Assembly (NCBI GenBank): GCA_045568435.1 | Contig: JBJLBB010000001.1 | Location: forward strand, 492,413 to 556,412 | DNA: 64,000 nucleotides | Direction: 5' to 3' | Origin: Candidatus Poseidoniaceae archaeon | GTDB taxonomy: Archaea; Thermoplasmatota; Poseidoniia; Poseidoniales; Poseidoniaceae | Shown: positions 7,301-12,920 of the stretch, piece by piece | How positions within the stretch are numbered: position 1 is the stretch's first letter | How the letters are laid out: each line of letters opens with the position of its first letter | Notes under the pieces: generated by a model | What the model was told of the DNA's origin: nothing | Databases searched by the model: none | Seen by the model: only the letters and a program-made list of their open reading frames with translations | Translations under genes and position numbers: made by a program

Positions 7301-8987
7301 TTCCAACAAGTTCGCCTGTGGAGGAATCCAGCGTCACACCGTTGGGGAGTGTACCACTGATGACCGTCCATGAATCTGCGACTCCACCAATGTTGGTTGG
7401 CGTTGCTAAATTCACAGTACTGTTCTTGGTGAACGTGAATGGTGAGCCGGCATACGAAATATCAGGGGCTTCGAGGACCATGAGCGTAAAGGTCTCTGAT
7501 GTAGTGGTGCCAAAGGCAGTCACTGTGACCGTGTGAGTAGTATTAGCGTGGCCTTCAGTAGGTGTTCCCGAGATAGTTCCGTTGCGCCAGTTCATGGTCA
7601 AACCGTCTGGAAGTTCAGGTGATACCTCGAAAATCGGATTAGTCGCTAGACCTTGACCCGTGCCTTGGTGCGATGTTAACCGCAACTCTATTGATGGAGT
7701 AGATCTCGAATGAGCGACGAATAAATCGTCATTATCGTCAATATCAATTCCAATTGTCCAACCTGCATCATCAATTTGGGTGGCAGTTGACCACGTACCA
7801 GAAATGTAATTTGTATACATCAGCTTCTTTGGTTGTCCAACGTGATAAACAGCATGCAAATTATCGTTAGAATCAACGGCAATTGCTGGGTAAAAAGCAG
7901 GAGTCCCAAGCGAGTGCCCTGCCCAGTTGCCCAGTGTTCCTGAATATACATGAGAATAAGTATCGGCAGCACCAATAATATGAATCACATCCTGTGAGTC
8001 TATCACCATATCGAGATTCTTACCAGAGTTAGAACTTAAACCCGGTATAGTTTCATTTTGCCAAATGCCATTTATGCGACTAGAAATTTTTATTTCAAGA
8101 GGATTGCTATGATAAACTGAATGTATATTGCCATCACCGTCGATTACAACTTTGGGGCTATATCCATCATCTTCCACAGTGTTTGAAATTGTGTTATCAA
8201 TCCAGGTTCCAGTTTCATCGGTGTAATGAACTAGGTTGTGATTTGTGCCATCATGTGCTGTAGCAACTACATGGATTGCTCCAGTAGTTGGATGTAAAGT
8301 AATTGCAGTTCCTGTTATCCCTTCGGGACCGGAATACACTACTGCTGACCCCAACTGAACAACATCCCATGTGCCTGATGAATTTGTGAGATATTCAACC
8401 ATTTGACTCGTTTCATTGATGTAAGCAATGTGTAATGCTCCTTGAGAATCAATAACTAAAGATGGAAGAAAACCTGTATCTGCACCATTGTCTTGGAATA
8501 CATTATCTGAAATTATACCTTCAAATTGGTAACTTAATGCCAATGTACCAGTATTATCTGAATCGGTAAAACCGTAGGCAACTGCAACTTCTCCCTGATT
8601 GTCAGTATCAATAGCCACGTCGTAAGTAATGAGTCTGTTGCCGATCAGTAATTCAGTAGTATTTTCGACTCCAGAGACCCAAGGGTTCACGGGATGAGTA
8701 TGAGTATAGGACATGGTAATGTCTGAGATAGCACTACCTGCGTTCGCTTCCGTTGAGATTGTGTCGATAATGAGCGAACCACCTGAAGCATTCACATTGA
8801 CGATGAGGCTGACCGGAAAGACCGCTGCCTGCTCGCATTCGAGGGAGTAATGGTGAGCGTCGTGTTGCCTAGACGTCGTAGGGGTTACCAGAAAGCACAC
8901 ATGTGTTGCTAAGCGAAAGGCCAGGTGGTAGTCCTGTGTGGCCGCATGAAGTCGGTGCACCGAAGCCAGAGTCAAAGGTTGGAACAA
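1305..8987 (-). CDS. Giant cell-surface protein gene 1, C-terminal 2560-aa portion. Contains Asp-box/BNR-like propeller units, about 24 He_PIG-type Ig-like domains (about 10 near-identical tandem copies), a TSP3-like Ca-binding Asp-repeat region, one TM helix, and a conserved cytoplasmic tail (beta-rich domain, E/K/A-rich helix, C-terminal HhH module). The N-terminal about 40 residues of this ORF are out-of-frame read-through; the true upstream continuation is ORF 8869..11862 via a frameshift near 8875.
   Basis: About 24 occurrences of the LPxGLxFxxxTGxIxGTPT motif. Repeated ITVQDEAADISYAxSPFTFTKN...FTVWANNSADDISTT units. DSDGDGMPD/DTDGDGICD-type repeats. TM helix WGYICFPIIILLLLLIFVLFF. C-terminal ...DDLQEIKGIGPFIAEKLNALGIYNFEQVGNMT...FFPGRVKRDQWAKQARELHDNKK. 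Confidence 0.85.
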   Translation of the reverse strand: MFQPLTLASVHRLHAATQDYHLAFRLATHVCFLVTPTTSRQHDAHHYSLECEQAAVFPVSLIVNVNASGGSLIIDTISTEANAGSAISDITMSYTHTHPVNPWVSGVENTTELLIGNRLITYDVAIDTDNQGEVAVAYGFTDSDNTGTLALSYQFEGIISDNVFQDNGADTGFLPSLVIDSQGALHIAYINETSQMVEYLTNSSGTWDVVQLGSAVVYSGPEGITGTAITLHPTTGAIHVVATAHDGTNHNLVHYTDETGTWIDNTISNTVEDDGYSPKVVIDGDGNIHSVYHSNPLEIKISSRINGIWQNETIPGLSSNSGKNLDMVIDSQDVIHIIGAADTYSHVYSGTLGNWAGHSLGTPAFYPAIAVDSNDNLHAVYHVGQPKKLMYTNYISGTWSTATQIDDAGWTIGIDIDDNDDLFVAHSRSTPSIELRLTSHQGTGQGLATNPIFEVSPELPDGLTMNWRNGTISGTPTEGHANTTHTVTVTAFGTTTSETFTLMVLEAPDISYAGSPFTFTKNSTVNLATPTNIGGVADSWTVISGTLPNGVTLDSSTGELVGTPTAVSTVHSIVIQATNPAGSGFTTIQITVQDEAPDISYPGSPFLWTKGTHTINAPSNFGGSSTSYSVTSGTLPAGIFLPPGSGYLIGTPTAVYATASVTITATNSAGSSSTTVSITVQDEAPDISYAGSPFTFTKNTEVVGETPTNAGGAVSTWEIHPAASTLPSGLLFGPSNGTIYGTPTAVTSTATFTVWANNSADDVSTTISITVQDEAADISYANSPFTFTKNDPVSGETPTNSGGVPDGWEITPDISISIPGLSFNPANGVITGTPTAVTSAVMFTVWANNSADDISTTISITVQDEAADISYAGSPFTFTKNDPVSGETPTNVGGAVSTWEIYPVLSSSIPGLSFNPANGVITGTPTGIHSAIIFTVWANNSADDISTTISITVQDEAPDISYLQSSYMFTKNSAISGVTLTNTGGAPTGTPLFVRDGALPTGIQFNDMTGEIYGIPYATWSSTFTVWANNSAGSNSTTITINVQDEAADISYANSPFTFTKNTEVVGETPTNAGGAVSTWAIHPAASTLPSGLLFGPSNGTIYGTPTAVTSAVTFTVWANNSADDISTTISITVQDEAADISYAGSPFTFTKNDPVSGETPTNVGGVVSTWEIYPVLSSSIPGLSFNSGNGVITGTPTGIHSAITFTVWANNSADDISTTITISVRDEAPSSISYPGSPYTFTKNSIVNAAAPTYTDGAPTSWSIDSYDDLPAGIEFDNTTGEITGTPTAVTATVTFTVWGNNSAGDISTTIEMTVDDIAPAFTYPSLEVELTNNSATSFSPISTGGTITSWEFVGTEPNGLNFGPGNGTIWGTPIDVQSKTQYLIWGNNSGGQLSVYLNITISDVPVVFSYAADNYNLTRAEPMATPISPVSNGIVETWEIEPELTGTGLSFDSATGEISGTPIINMTRTQYTVWANNTGGNVSQNFNITINEPRVGLDYSRENEIFVTGTTITPLHPTVTGGMVETWEYEGVLPNGLFFTNGVFTGTPIDVTSQTMLTVWANNTGGAINHTLNFTVNAPGVELDYDPDSSVITIGQPMTALTPIITNGTVADVDIWSIYPELDNGLSFGTSNGTIWGTPTSIQPIQLYKIWANNTGGNSSHDINITILDIVPEISYSLVSVQMTNDTVSSDLPLNPTNLGGPVVTWSITPELSSGLMFDVLTGEISGTPDEVKASEIYTVSATNTGGTDTTQIEITVLDQVPMIAYVPLDEVLLNNSSVLNMVPESTGGAIAQWSITPEPSAGLFFDTSTGILSGTATEIKVRTEYEITATNDVGSMSVKVNVTVEDLDYDLSIGPIYLLINEEMLSIGPTSTLSDSVYEISPDLPDGMFIGASNGTIWGTPTDDMLLTNFTIYANNSLFNDVMVIQIGVLDDSDSDGMPNQLPLDYNPSGGLVEDLDDDSDGFSDAEEVNCATDPLDANSLITDLDGDSICDELDEDIDGDGLLNDVETNSSTYVDQNNTGTDSSNADSDGDGVCDGPEVPANGGCSVGPDAFPFDSAGSIDSDGDGMPDTLNGESTSTPPLVEDLDDDNDNWSDEMEVNCGTDSSVQNSVPGDEDGDGICDALDTILDLPFTMTYPSDTLTLTLGNEISIQLPTVSGLGEVATWEISSELPAGLIFGWSPARDAHLDGSITGTPTEAMDATQFTIWANNSAHGQSFNITISVLEEVIDLEDEDEGDSQFKWGYICFPIIILLLLLIFVLFFPSDKEVILDAEPENTTSRPKFAEGEGTKDNPFVLKPANDVNPGDTIYSEELITITNITPGLKIQSVDYSVQQGERKFTTEDLTYGNEEVRMFEADEEGVIKFQLIFDDSLEPTLGGGEFQGAIKIGRNSVYLIWDVKVKPDPGYVKQQENLESESKKTNAEAEAKAKSMTEAKAEAKAKAKAEAEAKAKTEAETEKLRAKKLEELERVRARAKTIDFSTLGVATIDEQDDLQEIKGIGPFIAEKLNALGIYNFEQVGNMTSKIEEEVNKAIEFFPGRVKRDQWAKQARELHDNKK
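1611..1690 (-). repeat. Hexanucleotide microsatellite-like tract (GCTTTT/GCTTCT units) encoding the (A/E/K)n helical linker in the cytoplasmic tail of giant gene 1.
   Basis: Direct reading: ...tctgcttctgtttttgcttttgcttctgcttctgcttttgcttttgcttttgcttctgcttttgcttctg... encoding AKAEAKAKAKAEAEAKAK on the minus strand. Confidence 0.85.
4500..7520 (-). repeat. Coding tandem repeat array in giant gene 1: about 10 near-identical ~290-300-bp units, each encoding one He_PIG-type Ig-like domain.
   Basis: The protein shows about 10 consecutive ~97-aa units beginning ITVQDEA[AP]DISYAxSPFTFTKN and ending FTVWANNSADDISTTIS, several identical over more than 80 residues. The same peptides recur in multiple plus-strand artefact ORFs (5032..5469, 6463..6675, 6841..7023, 7318..7536). 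Coordinates are approximate. Confidence 0.8.
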
Positions 8988-11862
8988 GCGAACTCATCGG
9001 CACATTTTGTCCGAGTCGCAGGGTGCTTGAAACCAAGTTTGTCGTGTTATCCCAAGCATGGTTACCTGAAACCGAAACAGGTGCGTGTTGGTCAGTACCG
9101 ATTCCACCATCACCCAACTGCCCATATAGATTCCATCCCCAGCAAGTCATGGAAGCATCGTCAAGGATGACGCAGGTGTGGTATTGTCCCAGAGAAATCG
9201 CAACGGCAGTCCAGCCGGCGGACAGGTTGACGTGAACGGGTGAGGCTTGGTCGGTGTTTGTTGGGCCGTCAAATCCCAATCCCCCTACAATATTCGACCC
9301 CCAACAATAAGTGGATTCGTTGTCAAGGATGGCGCAGGTGTGGTAATCTCCTGCATCAACTGCAACTGCACCCCGACCGGGGGGAAGATCGACGTAAACA
9401 GGAGATAGTTGATTGCTGGTTCCAGCACCGTTGCCCAACTGAGAATTAACATCCTTCCCCCAGCACATCAATGAACGATTGTCAAGAATGGCGCAACTGT
9501 GTTGAAAAGCAGCAACGATTGAAACGGCGGTTCGGCCGGTGGGAAGGTTGACGTAAACAGGTGATACTTGATCACTGCCTCCCGCACCTTCGCCCAACTG
9601 TCCTGAATCGTCCCTTCCCCAGCACATCAGGGAACCGGTGTCAAGAAGAGCACAGGTATGCTGATTTCCAACAGACACCGCAACGGCGGTTCGGCCATAT
9701 GGAAGGTTGACGTAAACAGGTGATTCTTCGTCATCTTTATTCAAATCACCATTACCAAGTTGACCGTCTGCGCCTAAGCCCCAACACATCAAAGAACCAG
9801 TATCAAGAATCGCACAGGAGTGCTTCCCACCCACGCTAAGCCCAACTGCAGACCGGCCGGTGGGAAGGTCGACCAAAACAGGTTCATCTTGGAAGGCGGT
9901 CGTTGTTGCACCGTTGCCCAACTGCCCATTTCCATCACCGCCCCAACACATCACTGAACCGGTGTCAAGAAGAGCACAGGTGTGGAAGTTTCCAGCAGAC
10001 ACTGCAACGGCCTTTTGGCCGGAAGGCAAATTCACCAAAACAGGTTCCTCTTGGGAGACGGTCGTTGTTGCACCGTTGCCCAACTGTCCTACGTGGTCAC
10101 GTCCCCAGCACATCAATGAACCGGTGTCAAGGATGGCGCAGGTGTGTTGAAGTCCAGCTGCCAGCTTGTTGTTGACGTATTCCAAAGATTGGAAATTACT
10201 GCTCCCTGAACCCCAATCATAGGACATCAAAGGTGGTGCGTTGACTGAAATTGTCAGTGTAGTGGTATCTGAACCATGTGCATTGTATGCTGTAATGGTG
10301 TAGACTGCCGATGAAGAGATTTCAGTTGGTGTCCCCGAGATAGTCCCGTCGGCTAAATTCAAACTCAACCCGTTTGGTAGGTCAGGGCTTACTGAATATC
10401 CAAAAGAATCTGTGCCGATGTAACCCAAAGTCTGTCCTGACCAATTGGTGAATGTTATATGTACGCTATCATCAATCTGGTTAACAGCAAGTGAGTTCTC
10501 CCAGCCGACAAATGCTGTGCCTTCTACAAGTGTAACACTCGACCAAGATAATGCAGAAGCACATGATGAAAAGCATTTGGCATACTTTATGTCGTAATTG
10601 GGAAGATTCGTGAAATATGATACATGTATACCATTATTGGAATCAACACCGATAGAGTTGGGGGCACCACCGACATTATCAATGGCCGTAGTCGACCACG
10701 AAGATGCTGATGTACATAATGATGCACACATGCTGTAAAAGGGATTTGCAAGGTCTTGGTCATAGAAGACCATGTGCAATACATCGTTTGAGTCAACGGT
10801 CAAAGAGTGCCATTTAATCGAATCCTCAGGAGCATTTAGGTTTGTAATGGTCCATGAAGAGGCTGTTGTACAGGATAAAGTACAGGTGGCATAATATTGG
10901 TTAGAATTGCCCGAGCCAGTTCCCTGTGTACCCGCACTGCTGTAAACAATGTGTAAATCATTATTAGAATCAATCGTCATCGAGGCATATTCGCCAATAT
11001 CGCCATTATCATCAACAGTAATGCTAGACCATGAAGAGGCTGTTGTGCACAATGAAGTACATGTAGCATATTTTAGAGCCTTATTGGCACTAGAGGAATC
11101 GTAGTAGGAAATGTGTAAGTTATCATTTGAATCAATTGCAATCGAGTTGTATTTTCCTACATCACCTGAGTTGTCAATGATAATACTTGACCATGATGAT
11201 GGAGTTCCACAGGAAGAAGCACAAGAAGAGTACATGAGGTTTTTGACGCCAGTTCCTTCAGGGTTAAGATAACCAAAGTAAGCAATGTGAATTACATTAT
11301 TTGAATCAATAGCAAGGGAGTTGTGGCCGCCAACATCATTAGCAGAAACAAGAGATGTTTCGACCCAAGACCCACTACTATCGGAAATATATTTTAGATT
11401 ACCATTCCCAGAATCATACATAGATATATGGCTATCTCCATTCGAATCAAGAGCAAGTGAGTGAGGATGGGAACCATAGACCTGTAGGTTTGAGAGGGTT
11501 TGAGGTTCAACAGCTCCACCAGAATTTATCGGAGTTATTGGGGTCATGGTTTGGTTGTTGGAAAGATCGAGTGTACTTGAGGAATAGGTAATCGAAGGTG
11601 CGCTTGAGTACATGGGATTGTTTAACTCTTCAAGTTCGCTTTCATCGTCTTCTACAAGCCAAGGGGCTTTGTTCAGTTCCACGAGGCCCACAGAAAGGGA
11701 CATGGAGACCATTAACACGGCAAGAAGGATTGATTTCATGGATTTTAATCCTAAACTACTTCTGGAATTTGCATCATATGTGACACTCATGCTCGCGCTA
11801 ACTACGAACTGCTTATCATAGTTAACCCTATAATTTCCTAAAATGCAGGTTAAATTTAGCAC
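8869..11862 (-). CDS. Giant cell-surface protein gene 1, N-terminal 997-aa portion: signal peptide, Asp-box/BNR-like beta-propeller units, about 8 RCC1 repeats. Probable true start is the ATG at 11739 (MKSILLAVLMVSMSLSVGLV...). It ends at a stop created by a 1-nt frameshift; the gene continues in ORF 1305..8987.
   Basis: Signal-peptide-like MKSILLAVLMVSMSLSV after an internal ATG. Repeated G.Y.SxAxDSNxxxHIxY...SSWS units containing SGSW/SGTW (Asp-box-like). Repeated xHTCAILDTGSLMCWGxDxxGQLGNG units (RCC1 signature). The track start at 11862 is GTG. Confidence 0.8.
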   Translation of the reverse strand: MLNLTCILGNYRVNYDKQFVVSASMSVTYDANSRSSLGLKSMKSILLAVLMVSMSLSVGLVELNKAPWLVEDDESELEELNNPMYSSAPSITYSSSTLDLSNNQTMTPITPINSGGAVEPQTLSNLQVYGSHPHSLALDSNGDSHISMYDSGNGNLKYISDSSGSWVETSLVSANDVGGHNSLAIDSNNVIHIAYFGYLNPEGTGVKNLMYSSCASSCGTPSSWSSIIIDNSGDVGKYNSIAIDSNDNLHISYYDSSSANKALKYATCTSLCTTASSWSSITVDDNGDIGEYASMTIDSNNDLHIVYSSAGTQGTGSGNSNQYYATCTLSCTTASSWTITNLNAPEDSIKWHSLTVDSNDVLHMVFYDQDLANPFYSMCASLCTSASSWSTTAIDNVGGAPNSIGVDSNNGIHVSYFTNLPNYDIKYAKCFSSCASALSWSSVTLVEGTAFVGWENSLAVNQIDDSVHITFTNWSGQTLGYIGTDSFGYSVSPDLPNGLSLNLADGTISGTPTEISSSAVYTITAYNAHGSDTTTLTISVNAPPLMSYDWGSGSSNFQSLEYVNNKLAAGLQHTCAILDTGSLMCWGRDHVGQLGNGATTTVSQEEPVLVNLPSGQKAVAVSAGNFHTCALLDTGSVMCWGGDGNGQLGNGATTTAFQDEPVLVDLPTGRSAVGLSVGGKHSCAILDTGSLMCWGLGADGQLGNGDLNKDDEESPVYVNLPYGRTAVAVSVGNQHTCALLDTGSLMCWGRDDSGQLGEGAGGSDQVSPVYVNLPTGRTAVSIVAAFQHSCAILDNRSLMCWGKDVNSQLGNGAGTSNQLSPVYVDLPPGRGAVAVDAGDYHTCAILDNESTYCWGSNIVGGLGFDGPTNTDQASPVHVNLSAGWTAVAISLGQYHTCVILDDASMTCWGWNLYGQLGDGGIGTDQHAPVSVSGNHAWDNTTNLVSSTLRLGQNVPMSSLVPTFDSGFGAPTSCGHTGLPPGLSLSNTCVLSGNPYDV

Positions 11863-12069
11863 TCTTTTTAGTTGATTTTGACTGTGAAATTGTGGGGATA
11901 GCGATAATATCTACCATCACAACAAGTGGTGGAATTATCGCCATGATTGTTTGGTACAATTTGGGGAGGAAATAAAATCTAAAACTTACGAGCCAGGATT
12001 TGTCAAAAAGGCCTTTACCATTTTAGGAGTTTACTTTTCTTGTTAGCCACATTAATCACATTTAGAGGG

Positions 12070-12813
12070 TTATGAATTAGATGTTTGTTCAGCCCACGAA
12101 TTGATAATGATACTCTCTGCATTTTGCAAATGTTCAGCAACTGTTCCTTGCTTTACACCTAAAGCATCGGCGATATCATTTTGGTTACAGGTCCGAGGAG
12201 CGTCATAGTAGCCCATTTTGACCGCGGTTTTAATTGCCAAATTACGCTTGTTAGGTAGTTTAGGAGCAGACATCCAATCACCGATAATAAGTTTGGAAAT
12301 CCGCATCTCCATTCTCTCGGGAATCAATAATTCTAATTTATCTTTGATTCTTTTCAACCCTTTAGGTGTGCCATGTATGGTCATAAGAAATCCGTTCTCT
12401 CTGGAAAGCGAGGTCGGCGGCATAATCCATGCCTCTTCCTCAGCCCCAATTATCCGCTGAATTGGTCCAGGTGTTTTCGCCTTCAGGTAGGCAAAATTAT
12501 CACCTTCTTGGAGAATTTTATCGATGATTAAACTATCTTTTAGATTATCCTTTATCGCCAATATATCAATTCCATCATGTTCGACTTTTACAATACAGTT
12601 AGGGATAGAATCAATCACACCAGTGCCGGTAACTAATTCTAATTTATTGAAGTAATCAGTAATCACATTACCGGGTAAATGCTTAGCGTTTTCATATGAA
12701 ATAAGTATCTGGAAATACCTCATGTCTCCGCTCGCTTTCACCCCGCCCATGGGCACACTCATCAATCTACACGATTTATGGCTTTGCTTCCGTGACACGA
12801 TATGAATTCCCAA
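12070..12813 (-). CDS. Bat-type HTH_10 family transcriptional regulator: uncharacterised N-terminal domain plus C-terminal HTH_10. Track start at 12813 is TTG; the ATG at 12762 (MSVPMGG...) is a more likely start.
   Basis: C-terminal ...KTAVKMGYYDAPRTCNQNDIADALGVKQGTVAEHLQNAES... matches the GYYDxPR...LAeeLGisqsTvsEHLrrAE signature of the bacterio-opsin-activator-type HTH (PF04967). It is a paralogue of CDS 27062..27724 over its whole length. Confidence 0.65.
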   Translation of the reverse strand: MGIHIVSRKQSHKSCRLMSVPMGGVKASGDMRYFQILISYENAKHLPGNVITDYFNKLELVTGTGVIDSIPNCIVKVEHDGIDILAIKDNLKDSLIIDKILQEGDNFAYLKAKTPGPIQRIIGAEEEAWIMPPTSLSRENGFLMTIHGTPKGLKRIKDKLELLIPERMEMRISKLIIGDWMSAPKLPNKRNLAIKTAVKMGYYDAPRTCNQNDIADALGVKQGTVAEHLQNAESIIINSWAEQTSNS

Positions 12814-12920
12814 TATCTTGGACTAAACAAACACCAGACTTACGGTTAGTGTTGCGGTTTGCCGGACAAATCTAACAGACATCATCTATTGGTGATGCCT
12901 TGAGCCACTACAAATTCAGA

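Noticed and set aside
4500-7536. Highly periodic ~300-bp repeats; considered a CRISPR array or minisatellite.
   Set aside because: Unit length (~300 bp) and continuous open reading frame show they are coding tandem Ig-like domain repeats. There are no short direct repeats separated by unique spacers.
5032-7536. Numerous 60-145-aa ORFs on both strands inside giant gene 1 (5032..5469, 5114..5416, 6399..6587, 6749..7042 and others).
   Set aside because: They recur with the repeat period and lie within a 7.7-kb uninterrupted ORF with clear domain signatures, so they are frame shadows of the repeats.
8869-8987. Possibility that the gene 1 frameshift is a programmed +1 ribosomal frameshift.
   Set aside because: No recognisable slippery heptamer or downstream structure. 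The lesion is a simple 1-nt excess in a 2-nt run, and gene 2 has indel damage at the analogous site. Sequencing error or mutation is the simpler explanation.
11863-12069. Intergenic regions (also 12814-12920, 32685-32833, 51309-51463) scanned for tRNA or other structured RNA genes.
   Set aside because: AT-rich, no GC-rich cloverleaf-sized (~75 nt) segments or conserved tRNA boxes seen. Treated as promoter/5'-UTR regions.
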